DNA of 64,000 nucleotides from a bacterium (lineage in GTDB: Bacteria > Oederibacteriota > JAAXVQ01 > JAUVAV01), in the NCBI GenBank assembly GCA_021108215.1, contig JAIORK010000045.1, positions 64,594 through 128,593 of the forward strand, given 5' to 3'. The notes under the pieces were generated by a model that saw only the letters and a list, made by a program, of their open reading frames with translations, was not told where the DNA came from and ran no database searches. How positions within the stretch are numbered: position 1 is the stretch's first letter; each line of letters begins with the position of its first letter. The translations under genes and the position numbers were made by a program. Positions 49,538 through 59,442 of the stretch are shown piece after piece.

Positions 49538-50067
49538 AAGATTTTCTCGCGCTCGCTTCCAACTGGGTGGTACCTTTGCTTCTTTTGGGCATTCCACTTT
49601 ATGCCTATGCTTTCCGCAAGGTCAATGTTTATGAGAGCTTCATTGACGGAGCCAAAGAGGGCTTTTGGATCGGGGTCAAAATTATTCCCTATCTGGTGGC
49701 CATCCTGGTAGCCATCGGAATGTTCCGCGCCAGCGGTGCCATGCACCTGCTGGTCACCTTGCTCAAACCCCTTACGGTTTGGACCGGTTTCCCGGCGGAA
49801 GCGTTGCCGGTTGCCCTGTTGCGGCCTTTGTCCGGCTCAGGCACCTTGGGTCTGATCTCAGATATTTTCAACACATTGGGCCCGGATGGATTTGTCGGGA
49901 AATTGGTAAGTGTGATTGAAGGGAGTACGGAAACCACTTTTTATGTATTAGCAATTTATTTTGGCTCTATTGCAATCCGCAAGACCCGGCATGCCTTGCC
50001 GGCATCTTTGCTCGGGGATCTTACCGGGGTGGTGGCTGCCTTTATTGTCTGCAGCCTGCTTTTTTAA
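49534..50067 (+). CDS. spmB: Spore-maturation-protein-B-like membrane protein
   Basis: Paired SpmA/SpmB architecture, polytopic. Confidence 0.65.
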   Translation: MKDFLALASNWVVPLLLLGIPLYAYAFRKVNVYESFIDGAKEGFWIGVKIIPYLVAILVAIGMFRASGAMHLLVTLLKPLTVWTGFPAEALPVALLRPLSGSGTLGLISDIFNTLGPDGFVGKLVSVIEGSTETTFYVLAIYFGSIAIRKTRHALPASLLGDLTGVVAAFIVCSLLF

Positions 50068-50068
50068 C

Positions 50069-50992
50069 ATGGCCGAAATGGTTCGTGCGCCTCAGCTTAC
50101 TTTAGGTGATACCATTGCCTTGCTTTCACCCGCCTCCCCGCCGCCGCGTGGTGGAATCCCCCGCGCCATGACCCAATTGCGTCAATTGGGATTTCATCCG
50201 GTTCTGGGAAAAAACGCCGAAAAACGTACCGGCTATCTGGCTGGAACCGACCGGCAGCGGACACGCGATTTCCAGGACATGCTTACTAAAAAAACTATAA
50301 AAGCAATTTTTTGTACTCGCGGGGGATACGGTATCTCCCGTCTGCTGGAACAACTGGATTTGCGCTGTGTGAGACAACAGCCAAAAATTATTGTCGGTTA
50401 TTCAGACCTTACACTGCTTCATCTGGCATTGCAAAAAGCCGGCCTGATCAGTTTTTGGGGTCCCATGCCTGCCAGTGCAACCGGTTTAAGCCCCTTTGCC
50501 GCCACCTGGATGAAAAAAGCCCTCTATCAATCCCAACCCATCGGACTACTGCCACCGGGAAAAGCGGCTCTGTTTCGCGGATCGTGTCAAGGCCGCCTCA
50601 CCGGCGGCACCTTAAGTCTTCTGGCGGCCAGCATAGGGACGCCCTATGAAATAAAAACAAAAGATAGAATTGTGTTTCTCGAGGATATTGGTGAAGAACC
50701 TTACCGATTGGACCGTTTGTTGACCCAATTACTGGCAGCAGGTAAGTTGACGGATGCGGCAGGCATTGTCCTGGGTGAATTTCGTGCCTGCCAACCTGCG
50801 TCACAACACAAGCGACTAAGCTTTACTGTGCAGGAAGTCCTGACAGACCGGCTTGTTCCTTTACGCATCCCGGTAATTTCCGGATTTCCAATCGGGCATA
50901 TCCCGGACCAGGTCACGCTCCCGTATGGTGTGCCGGCCAAACTAAACGCACACACTCGCAGCCTGGAAATCCTCGAACCGGCCGTGAAATAA
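50069..50992 (+). CDS. ldcA: LD-carboxypeptidase (peptidase S66, LdcA-like)
   Basis: GYSDLTLLHLAL (Ser nucleophile context) and SGFPIGHIPDQ. Start MAEMVRAPQ after the spmB stop. Confidence 0.75.
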   Translation: MAEMVRAPQLTLGDTIALLSPASPPPRGGIPRAMTQLRQLGFHPVLGKNAEKRTGYLAGTDRQRTRDFQDMLTKKTIKAIFCTRGGYGISRLLEQLDLRCVRQQPKIIVGYSDLTLLHLALQKAGLISFWGPMPASATGLSPFAATWMKKALYQSQPIGLLPPGKAALFRGSCQGRLTGGTLSLLAASIGTPYEIKTKDRIVFLEDIGEEPYRLDRLLTQLLAAGKLTDAAGIVLGEFRACQPASQHKRLSFTVQEVLTDRLVPLRIPVISGFPIGHIPDQVTLPYGVPAKLNAHTRSLEILEPAVK

Positions 50993-51159
50993 TTACAACC
51001 ATCTTGTCCGCGAATTCGAACCAAAATCTCAAACATATCCACAAATGTACACAAATAAAAACGAATAAAGCAAAAGAAAAGAAATCAACCCTAAAATATT
51101 TTAAGGGTTTGAATTTATTTGTATTGATTCGTGGATAGCTTTGATTTTTTTTTAGCGGA

Positions 51160-51360
51160 TCATTCTTTTTCTCGGGTATTCCATCCCAGGGAGGAATAGA
51201 GGGCGCAGACACCGGCCAGCGCAGTAATCAATAAATAGGCGGCAATCAATAACAATAACGCATTGAGCGCACTTCGCGGCTCGCGGGTAAACGCGGTAAT
51301 ACCACAAACCGTTCCTAAAAAAAAACGAATCCCTTTATCCAAAACACCGATATTTTTCAT
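51160..51360 (-). CDS. DUF2892 (YgaP-like) small membrane protein
   Basis: 66 aa with GIRFFLGTVCGITAF...LLLIAAYLLITALAGVCALYSSLGWNT family pattern. 1-nt overlap with the upstream gene. Confidence 0.55.
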   Translation of the reverse strand: MKNIGVLDKGIRFFLGTVCGITAFTREPRSALNALLLLIAAYLLITALAGVCALYSSLGWNTREKE

Positions 51361-51944
51361 TATTTAATCAGGGCAACCCTAAAGCGTTTATGGAGTTTTT
51401 TACCCTTTACCATGACAATATACACACCCGATGCAACGGTCTCGCCCTGTTCATTTTTCCCATCCCACTCCGGAATAATATCACGTGTCACGGTTTCTTT
51501 GTCCAGCAGGGTTTTAATGTGGGTTCCGCTCTGGCTAAAAACTTTGATCGTCACCGCTTCGTGCAACGTATTCAAATAATTTATCCGGAGCGTTTCACCG
51601 CGCAGGGGGTAAAAATAATTGTGATTGATACTCACCAGCACGTTAATCACCTCGGTATTTGTCGGGGTAATTGTACTGGTAGGCGAAATCGTGGATGTTT
51701 GGGTAATCGTGGGGGTCAGTGTAATCGTCGGGGTCATTGTATACGTCTGGGAAATTGTCGCAGTCGGTGTGACCGTCGGCGTCAGTGTATCGGTTTGAGT
51801 AATCGTCGGCGTCAGTGTAATCGTCGGAGTGATCGTTTCTGTCATCGTCAACGTAGGCGTAAACGTCTCGGTCGAAGCTGCCAACACATTGCCGGCATTT
51901 GCTCCGGCGAACATTATCAATAAAAACAAGACCATCTTTTTCAT
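51360..51944 (-). CDS. Secreted Thr/Pro-repeat protein with T9SS-type C-terminal sorting domain
   Basis: Signal peptide, (TPTITLTPTITQT)n low-complexity linker, C-terminal YPLRGETLRINY...WDGKNEQGETVASGVYIVMV (Por_Secre_tail-like). Confidence 0.6.
   Translation of the reverse strand: MKKMVLFLLIMFAGANAGNVLAASTETFTPTLTMTETITPTITLTPTITQTDTLTPTVTPTATISQTYTMTPTITLTPTITQTSTISPTSTITPTNTEVINVLVSINHNYFYPLRGETLRINYLNTLHEAVTIKVFSQSGTHIKTLLDKETVTRDIIPEWDGKNEQGETVASGVYIVMVKGKKLHKRFRVALIK
51640..51900. repeat. Tandem roughly 36-39-nt coding repeats (Thr/Pro-rich) inside the CTD protein gene
   Basis: Reiterated GTCGGCGTCAGTGTAATCGTCGG-like units on the + strand, encoding TPTITLTPTITQT variants. Confidence 0.6.
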
Positions 51945-52054
51945 GCATGCACCTCAGGGAAAAACCTCTGGTTAAGGCTTTGACTATTTTTTAGATTCTC
52001 AAGTATAAATGTCCAATTCATGAAAAGCAATGACAAATTCATCCGCAACGTCGT

Positions 52055-53080
52055 TTATTCTATAATCGGGCTCAAAGAAAATTGATAGTCTTGTTGCTCA
52101 ACCAATTTCCAGTTTTCTTCTCCGGTTTGAAGACCATATTTTTTTTCAATGAACATGCTGCCTTCCCGGGGACGTCCTTGTTGGGAGTCAAAAAGCACCT
52201 CACCTTCAACTTTAAACCGGCTTTCCTGAAAATTGATTTTTTCAAATTCCGTTATTCCCATCTGTTTACCCAGCTGGGTCAGCTCATCACCGCTAAATTC
52301 CATCTCACTGTTAAAAACAATGACCAAGCCCCGGTCCAAATCGGATTTGAGTTTAAACACAGTTGTCAAGGGATGGTCCCAGGCAACAACCTGGGGCGCT
52401 GCAACACCTTGGTATGTCCATTGCCTGCCAACCCAGACAGCCTCCTCGGATAAAATCGTCATGAGTACCGGCGGAATTTTAATGGTTTTGACGACAATTT
52501 TTCCGATCGCGCGGTTTTTACCCAGAAGCTGTATCAATTCATGATTAAAATTCAATTGACTTCCCTGGGGTGCTGTCTGGTTTTGCTGAACACCTTGCGC
52601 ATCAATTGTGACAATCGCCAAAGGCCGGCTAACCAGCTCCTGATAGCGCTCAAATTCTTCTGTTGTAAAATAGTCCTCAAACCCTTCAGAAGTACCGAAC
52701 CAAGTGATTTCCCCGTTTTGCGGACTTAATTCCAAACTAAAATGACCCGCATTGTCATGAATGCTAATATTGACAAGATGATACCGGGCGCGAATTCCAC
52801 TCTCGGATGTCGGCTCAGTGCTTAAACGAAACGCTGCCGCCACATTCACGATATCCGTTTTTTCCAGAAAAGCCTTCCCCTGATGCGCCTTTACCAATCT
52901 ATCGGTAAAGGTATATTTGGCCTCTACCCGGTAATTTCCCTGATCAAAAAACCGGTAACGTAATTGGTATTGCCTGGCAGGATCGCCCGGCGCACAGGCT
53001 GCCAGCCCCCAACAAAAAAAAATGATCGCTATCCAATGAATCTGTCTCAATGAAAATACCCCCTTGTAATGCTCAGGCAA
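52055..53080 (-). CDS. Lipoprotein of unknown function
   Basis: N-terminal IIFFCWGLAACAPG lipobox. No recognisable domain. Confidence 0.45.
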   Translation of the reverse strand: MPEHYKGVFSLRQIHWIAIIFFCWGLAACAPGDPARQYQLRYRFFDQGNYRVEAKYTFTDRLVKAHQGKAFLEKTDIVNVAAAFRLSTEPTSESGIRARYHLVNISIHDNAGHFSLELSPQNGEITWFGTSEGFEDYFTTEEFERYQELVSRPLAIVTIDAQGVQQNQTAPQGSQLNFNHELIQLLGKNRAIGKIVVKTIKIPPVLMTILSEEAVWVGRQWTYQGVAAPQVVAWDHPLTTVFKLKSDLDRGLVIVFNSEMEFSGDELTQLGKQMGITEFEKINFQESRFKVEGEVLFDSQQGRPREGSMFIEKKYGLQTGEENWKLVEQQDYQFSLSPIIE

Positions 53081-53420
53081 TCAGTTTAAAATTCCCGGCC
53101 GCAGGTTGCAAGATTTTTTTAAATAAAAAAAACATTTTATCCAAATTAAAAAATACGACAACTAACAGGATCGCCCTAAGTGCTGATTTTAAAGAAAAAA
53201 ACTTGTCCGGCGGATGCGGGACGCACCACAAGTTCTGATGGAACATCAGGAGACTTTATCGTCAAATCCTGCTCTAGCGTATGGACACAGTATCAGTTTT
53301 CCTTTAAAAATCAGTACTTAGGGTGAACAGAAAACAGCGTGTTTTATAACTCGGACATCCGTGTAAAAAAAAGGAAAAAATGTCAAAACTGGGGAAACTG
53401 CTTCCGAAAGGTTATGAAAA

Positions 53421-53792
53421 CTATACTTCATTCAATATTTTTTTAATTTCCCTCTCCAGTTCACGCGGTTCAAACGGTTTGGTTAAATAAGCGGTCGCAC
53501 CCGCATCCTTGCCTTTTTGAATATTACTCGGGTCAGCCAATACGGTCAGAAGCATGACGGGGATTGCTTTGGTGGCATCCTCGCTTTTCAACCGGCGGCA
53601 TATCTCATACCCGTCAAAACCAGGCATCATGACATCTAAAATGATCAAATCCGGGTGAAAGGTTTCAAGCTTTTCCAACAATTCACTCCCATCTTTTGCC
53701 AATGCAACGGAATAATTATTGAAGGCCAATATTTTTTCAACCAGACCCAGAATATCTTTTTCATCATCGACAACAATAATCTTTTTTTTCAC
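53421..53792 (-). CDS. Single-domain response regulator receiver (CheY-like)
   Basis: MKKKIIVVDDEKD ... LIILDVMMPGFDGYE ... TKPF. Confidence 0.85.
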   Translation of the reverse strand: MKKKIIVVDDEKDILGLVEKILAFNNYSVALAKDGSELLEKLETFHPDLIILDVMMPGFDGYEICRRLKSEDATKAIPVMLLTVLADPSNIQKGKDAGATAYLTKPFEPRELEREIKKILNEV

Positions 53793-54006
53793 ACTTTCCT
53801 CCCAGGCGCATTTTCCTGCCGCCTAATAAATCATCCCCGCACTCCCCCACAGTACGCCGGGCAAGAGTGCGGAGTATTCAGGTAACTCTCACCCTTTATC
53901 CCTCTCCCTAAAAAGGAGAGTGGATGCGGTAACCCCGGACTAAAGTCCGGGGACTACTTTGATATATTGATAGAATCGGAAAATTTCGCCTATCCATTAG
54001 TTTTTT

Positions 54007-54864
54007 TCAACAAATACCAATCCCCCAACCGGTCGGTCCCAGATGCGTCCCGATGACACCGCCGATTTTTACTTGGGTTATATGACCAAAATCAAAGGCG
54101 AGTGATGTCATGGCCTTCTGCAACACAACGCCATAGTCCTCAACCATCGCCGTTAGCAGTACCACCTGATGACAAACGCCGTATTTTTCTATATGCGCCC
54201 GGGCCAGCTTTGCCATCATCCGGCAGGCCGCTTCCACGGAACGCGCTTTATTAATCACCTCAATCTCTCCGCTATTTTCATGCAATGCCATCAACGGCCG
54301 AATACCGAGATATTTTCCGATCAAAGCCCGGGCCTTGCCGATCCGGCCGCCGCGCTGCAACGACTCAAGACTGTCTACAGAAAAATAAATGGCAGTCCGC
54401 GGAAGCTGCATGATTATTTTCTCAATAACCGCATCAAATCCCATACCGTTTTTAACCAATTGATTGGCATATCGGACCAAAGCCCCCAGCGAACCGGTCG
54501 TGGTTTTTGAATCAATCACCTTGATTTTCATTTCCGGCACCATCGTGGCCGCGACGGTCGCGGATTGTGCGGTCCCGGAAAATTTCCGGGTGATATGAAT
54601 ACAAACAATCTGTGTATAGCCCTCTTTCTGAAGTTCCTGAAAAAGATTTAAAAATTTCCCCGGCGGCGGCTGTGACGTTGTGGGATGTTTTTTTGCTGTT
54701 TGTAATTTTTCATAAAACTGCGCCGGGGATAAATCAACCCCATCCAAAACCTCCTCTTCACCGAAATAAATACTGAGCGGAACCATATAAATGCCTTCCT
54801 CGGTTAAAAGGGTCCGGGGTAGATCGCAGGTGCTGTCAGTTACAATCGCAATACGGTCGGCCAT
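54007..54864 (-). CDS. DegV family fatty-acid-binding protein (FakB-like)
   Basis: IAIVTDSTCDLP start and DegV fold pattern. Downstream of a DAK2-domain gene, as in FakA/FakB-type pairs. Confidence 0.8.
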   Translation of the reverse strand: MADRIAIVTDSTCDLPRTLLTEEGIYMVPLSIYFGEEEVLDGVDLSPAQFYEKLQTAKKHPTTSQPPPGKFLNLFQELQKEGYTQIVCIHITRKFSGTAQSATVAATMVPEMKIKVIDSKTTTGSLGALVRYANQLVKNGMGFDAVIEKIIMQLPRTAIYFSVDSLESLQRGGRIGKARALIGKYLGIRPLMALHENSGEIEVINKARSVEAACRMMAKLARAHIEKYGVCHQVVLLTAMVEDYGVVLQKAMTSLAFDFGHITQVKIGGVIGTHLGPTGWGIGIC

Positions 54865-54933
54865 GATCGCCTCCTGTAAAAATATCCGTCCGATACTAAA
54901 AACCGGATGGAATCGATTTGATTGCTCATTTGT

Positions 54934-55878
54934 TCAGCTGTCACTATCCACAAATGCGTGCTTGTGCTGTGCTTCCATATCATCAACTTTTTTCCAGGTG
55001 ATATGACCCAGCCGGGAAATCTTTTTAAAAATGGTTTCAGCATTCTTCGTATGCATATGCACCTTGAATAATCCGCGCTCCGCTGAAGCAATCATGAGTT
55101 CTTCGCCCATTGGCTGCAGGACCGCTGTCAGCTCACTCCGCGTCAATTTTTCACCATGGATTATAAACTCCGCACAATATTTATATTCTGAAATTTTAAC
55201 AGGACGCGCCGACCGGGCGGCAGCCGGCATCAAGGGTGTATGTATTGCCGCCTCGGCTTGAAGTGATTGCCGGAAATTAAACCGCACCATACCTTCAAGA
55301 AAATACACCAAACCCATCCCGCCGGCATCCACGACATTATTATCTTTAAGAACTTTTAATTGTTTAGGCGTATTTTCCAATGCCCTTTCCGCCCCCCGCC
55401 AGGCGGAAACCATGACATCAATCAGGTTCCGGCTTTTCCGTGCCTCTTCAACCGCCTCTTTGGCTGCCGCCTCACCGACGCTCAAAATCGTACCTTCCAC
55501 CGGATTGTCAATTCTTTCTCTTGCCCGAGTGCTCCCTACTTGAAAAGCCAGTGCCAAATCCCGGGCGGAGAGTGATTTTTTATCCCCGACCGCTTCTGCA
55601 AAACCGGCAAAAAAACCGGATAGAATCATGCCTGAGCATCCCCGGCCGCCCATCAGCGTACCGCGTGCCGCTGCCCAGGCCACCTCCGAAGCACTGCCGC
55701 CCTGCACACTCTCAATTTCTTTTCGGGCTGCTTGCAGCGCATGATGCATATTTTTTCCGGTGTCTCCATCCGGAACAGGAAAAACATTCATCTTATCAAG
55801 ATGCTGTCTGAAATGTCCAAACCAGGCGATCCCTGCCAGAAGTGCATTTTTAATACGCCGACCATGGAGCATTTTCAC
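54934..55878 (-). CDS. DAK2 (DhaL-like) domain protein
   Basis: VFPVPDGDTGKNM DAK2 signature. GTG start at 55878 lies 8 nt after GGAGGA (the listed ORF begins further upstream). Confidence 0.65.
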   Translation of the reverse strand: MKMLHGRRIKNALLAGIAWFGHFRQHLDKMNVFPVPDGDTGKNMHHALQAARKEIESVQGGSASEVAWAAARGTLMGGRGCSGMILSGFFAGFAEAVGDKKSLSARDLALAFQVGSTRARERIDNPVEGTILSVGEAAAKEAVEEARKSRNLIDVMVSAWRGAERALENTPKQLKVLKDNNVVDAGGMGLVYFLEGMVRFNFRQSLQAEAAIHTPLMPAAARSARPVKISEYKYCAEFIIHGEKLTRSELTAVLQPMGEELMIASAERGLFKVHMHTKNAETIFKKISRLGHITWKKVDDMEAQHKHAFVDSDS

Positions 55879-56022
55879 CGGGTATTTCCTCCAAAAAAAC
55901 AGATTTAGGAATAGCATGCATTATACCAGACTGAGACCCGGCATAAAAGGTTTCTCCACGATGCTGCCTAAAAAAAAAGCGAGGGTCAAAAACCCTCGCT
56001 TTTTAAAAATACCTGCCTTGCA

Positions 56023-56385
56023 TTACACTACTTTTATCGGCACCCGGTTTTCCCATACACCATGCAAATTACACCTGGCCCGGACCACCAGCTCTGCAGA
56101 TTCATTTAATTTAACCGTAAAAGAAACCGGTGTACTGGAGACCGTTGCGCTCATCTCTGCCCGTCCTAAATAGCCTTCATTGGCATAGAGTTCAACCCAC
56201 TGTATCCAATGGCCGCCTTCATCCGGATGCGGTAAATGCTTACCCAGAGTAATGGTCACAACAAAAGCCTCGCGTGCCTTCACCTGGGCCGGTACCTGAA
56301 TATCCGGCACATGCTTTTTTTCCAGGTCCGTCATGGCAGCCGGATCTTTGACCCGGTTGATCCCATTAAAAAGCGGTTCATTCAT
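56023..56385 (-). CDS. sor: Superoxide reductase (neelaredoxin/desulfoferrodoxin centre II type)
   Basis: His4Cys ligand pattern: KHVPDI, HPDEGGHWIQW, CNLHGVW. Confidence 0.75.
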   Translation of the reverse strand: MNEPLFNGINRVKDPAAMTDLEKKHVPDIQVPAQVKAREAFVVTITLGKHLPHPDEGGHWIQWVELYANEGYLGRAEMSATVSSTPVSFTVKLNESAELVVRARCNLHGVWENRVPIKVV

Positions 56386-56398
56386 ACTGCACCCCCGC

Positions 56399-57235
56399 TT
56401 ATTTCAAACTAAGCATAGGAACCGTATCGCCGCCCATCACAGTAACCGGCAGCTTACCGTCCCATTTCTTGATCCATTCCAAAGACACAATATCCTTGGT
56501 AACCTGCATACGGATCAAGCGCTGCTTTTCAGCTTCCGCCTGCGCTTCCAGAATAACCTGTTCTTTATACTCCATCGCCTGCCTTTTTTTATACTCAGCA
56601 GTCTTGATCTTCTGCTCTTCAATCTGTTTTTGCTCAACCACGCGGTTAAATTCCGCAGAAAATTCAATATCCGTCAGATTGACATCCTCAACAATAATAT
56701 TGTACACAGCCAGCTTTTTTTTCAAGATATCGGCAATCACAGCTTTTAATTTAGGCCGCTCAACAATAATATTTTCCACCGGGAACAGCGCTGTACCGGC
56801 TTTGACCGCTTCCTGAATCGCCGGGTCAATCACCTTCCGTTCAAAATCCACGCCCACTTCCTGGTAAAGCGTGGAAACTTTCTGGCCGTCCAAATGGTAG
56901 TTGACCACGGTCCGCAAATTGACTTCCTGCAAATCCTTGGAAGCACCCTGACTGATCCGGTCCATTTTCTGGGTTTTAATATCAAATTTCACCACATTTT
57001 CAATAGCCGGAATCTTGAAATTCAGACCTTCCTGCATGACTACAATCTTCACCCCGGAAAGACGCGAGAAAACCACACCGCGTTCACCCGGACCAATGAT
57101 TGCAATCGGGTTGAGAACAAACAGCAGGATTAAAATTGCGCCAATAACGGCAATCCCGCCGAACCCCTTGATTGAATCTTTGTTAAATGGTTTTTTCATT
57201 TCAAATTCTTCCATAATTTTTTCCTCCTTTTTCAT
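56399..57235 (-). CDS. SPFH/band-7 (prohibitin-like) membrane protein
   Basis: N-terminal TM plus SPFH core and a C-terminal coiled coil (QAEAEKQRLIRMQ). Confidence 0.8.
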   Translation of the reverse strand: MKKEEKIMEEFEMKKPFNKDSIKGFGGIAVIGAILILLFVLNPIAIIGPGERGVVFSRLSGVKIVVMQEGLNFKIPAIENVVKFDIKTQKMDRISQGASKDLQEVNLRTVVNYHLDGQKVSTLYQEVGVDFERKVIDPAIQEAVKAGTALFPVENIIVERPKLKAVIADILKKKLAVYNIIVEDVNLTDIEFSAEFNRVVEQKQIEEQKIKTAEYKKRQAMEYKEQVILEAQAEAEKQRLIRMQVTKDIVSLEWIKKWDGKLPVTVMGGDTVPMLSLK

Positions 57236-57420
57236 TTACAAAATCTTTCAGGCAAGTATAGCGATTTAGACCAAGAAGTCAACTATTATCGGACACATTC
57301 GGATAATTAATCAAAAAAACTACCTCAATCAAAATATCTCTATATGAGTAGCCCGAAAAAATCAACCCAACGTTCGAGTACCCACCAACCAGCCTATTTA
57401 CTACATATAATATTTCGATT

Positions 57421-58461
57421 TTATGTTTTCGTTCCTCTTCCTAAATTTGCAATGATTTTATCTTTTAATTCATTCTTAAAATCCTGCATATTATCTGGAG
57501 TCCAGTCAATGTGCGGATACTGTCTGGTATCAAACGGCAGTTTCTTATTATCCAGATGATCCTTGCGGCAGGTCCAGATAATAGGTAAATTCAGTCCATA
57601 AGCAAATCCCGCTTCATAATAAATATTTGCCCTGTACCCCTTTTTTTCCGGGAACGTGGTATCTGCAATAATAAACCGTGCTTGTCTGATTTTCGCCATA
57701 ATCCTGTCACATATTTTCTCATTAATCCCGCCTTCCAAATCACCATCCAAGTCAAAACCGGAATCTTTAATTACTTCGCTCACAGCTTTTAAGTATGCTT
57801 TCATATTTTCACAATCATTCGTGTCGTCATCTTCTCCCGGAAACCAGCGTACTAGAAAAACCACATTACTATTGATATTTATTCCCGAACCCTGCAATCG
57901 TTCCCAGGCTTTTGAGGTGAGAATTATTTCCCATATTTCCATTTCTCTTCTTTCTGCTCGTGGGCTTGGCAGATTTCCAGCACCATCCCCAGAGCCATAG
58001 CCGTACCCGCCTCCGCTTCTATCCTTACTATCGGAGATCAATCCCTCGGCCAACAACTCCTCGAGATAAAATTTCAATTCATCCTGATTTTGACAATGGG
58101 CCAACGGATAATCTTTTGCAGGTTTAATCTTAAGAACATGTCCTGGATGAAGCGTTAATGAACCCAGCGCATTAAGAAATTTTTTCATTTTTTCAAGAAC
58201 AGTTAAATTTTTATGTTGATCAATAATTTCTTGGTAGGTGTATGAATCCAAATAAAATAGCTTTCGATTTTCCAAGGTGTTTTCACGAACAACTCCCGAA
58301 AGAACCCAGCGATCTTGAACACCTGAAATAATTGTTTTCGCCCGACTTGAAACCTCATACTTACCGCAGCGCGGGCATTCGAATTGTATTTTATTACTTG
58401 ATCGCGGTTGCTCATGATTGGTTTCTGCATTACCGTCGCATAATATGCATTTATGACTCAT
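57421..58461 (-). CDS. Uncharacterised protein: N-terminal zinc ribbon, Gly-rich linker, C-terminal Rossmannoid domain resembling nucleoside 2-deoxyribosyltransferase (NDT) and TIR folds (candidate defence effector)
   Basis: CILCDG-x19-CPRCGK zinc ribbon, SGGGYGYGSGDGAGN linker, and a C-terminal VVFLVRWFPGEDDD ... ARFIIADTT ... ANIYYEAGFAYGLNLPIIW. The last motif matches the catalytic-Glu motif E-x-G-[YF]-A...G-x-P-[IV] of the NDT/DNPH1 and TIR-like assemblage. AT-rich gene downstream of abiEii. Confidence 0.5.
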   Translation of the reverse strand: MSHKCILCDGNAETNHEQPRSSNKIQFECPRCGKYEVSSRAKTIISGVQDRWVLSGVVRENTLENRKLFYLDSYTYQEIIDQHKNLTVLEKMKKFLNALGSLTLHPGHVLKIKPAKDYPLAHCQNQDELKFYLEELLAEGLISDSKDRSGGGYGYGSGDGAGNLPSPRAERREMEIWEIILTSKAWERLQGSGININSNVVFLVRWFPGEDDDTNDCENMKAYLKAVSEVIKDSGFDLDGDLEGGINEKICDRIMAKIRQARFIIADTTFPEKKGYRANIYYEAGFAYGLNLPIIWTCRKDHLDNKKLPFDTRQYPHIDWTPDNMQDFKNELKDKIIANLGRGTKT

Positions 58462-58527
58462 AATTTTTTCCTCCCATCATGAACGTCTATTCCTCAGAAA
58501 TCAAAACCTGGCAGCAGCCTCTGCCGT

Positions 58528-59442
58528 TCATCGCCACGGTCCTGAGGCATGCCATGTTTTTTTAAATTCCCGCCCTTTCCCTATCGCTTCCAGCGGCTTA
58601 ATCAGGAATTTTTCAATTTCGGCAGCCGTGTTACGCAATTTTTCCGGCGCATTCCTTATACCTTCTTTTTCCAAAAATGCCTTCCACAGTGTCTGGCGGT
58701 CAGATCTCTCATCGTATATTTCCCCATCAAATATCGGCTTATGAATAGGTAAAGATGTCTTGCGATGACTAAACGTGCTATTCAATGCCTGGGCCAACTT
58801 ACTCCCATCAAATTCGAACTGACGCAGCATTAGCCAAATATCGTAAAAATCTTTCATACGGCTGTTCAAAAGACCAAGTTTTACCATCGCTTCAAATTTC
58901 TCGCTAATCACGCTTTCCGCAGGATACACCTTAAGGCGGGGCCTGGGAAAATCCAGAATTACGGGGTAGTCAATGGCTTTTGGTTTTGGACAAATTACAT
59001 CACCAAACCCGACATCAACCTGGATCGCAATGCGGGCACGATCCAAAAAAACCAGGAATTTAACCCGGACACCTTCATAATCCGCGTCTTCCTTTATCTT
59101 CCGCCCTTTGACTGTAGCAGCATCAAACTCAAGTCCATCCGGCAGTACTGGAAACACGCAAATATCCTTGATTATTTTTTCAATACTTTCCACTTGATTG
59201 TCAAACCGGGCTAAAAAATCTATATCACGGGTCGCCCTTCTTTCCGTAACCTGCCAGGCAATAAACGTAAGTGCCCCTTTGAGTATAAATTTGTCTGCAT
59301 ATTGGGATTGGCTAAACCTGTAAAGAAATCTTTCCATTCCAAAATATTGCAATATTTCAGAAAATGAACAACCGGTTTCTTTCGCCTTGTTTTGTAGCTT
59401 GGCCCGGACAGAGGCTTCCAGATTTTTTACGTCCGCTTTCAT
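58528..59442 (-). CDS. abiEii: AbiEii/AbiGii-family nucleotidyltransferase toxin (type IV TA, abortive infection)
   Basis: FILKGALTF ... ERRATRDIDFLARF matches the AbiEii (DUF1814) KGG.AL...R.T.DIDF signature. 304 aa. Confidence 0.75.
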   Translation of the reverse strand: MKADVKNLEASVRAKLQNKAKETGCSFSEILQYFGMERFLYRFSQSQYADKFILKGALTFIAWQVTERRATRDIDFLARFDNQVESIEKIIKDICVFPVLPDGLEFDAATVKGRKIKEDADYEGVRVKFLVFLDRARIAIQVDVGFGDVICPKPKAIDYPVILDFPRPRLKVYPAESVISEKFEAMVKLGLLNSRMKDFYDIWLMLRQFEFDGSKLAQALNSTFSHRKTSLPIHKPIFDGEIYDERSDRQTLWKAFLEKEGIRNAPEKLRNTAAEIEKFLIKPLEAIGKGREFKKTWHASGPWR

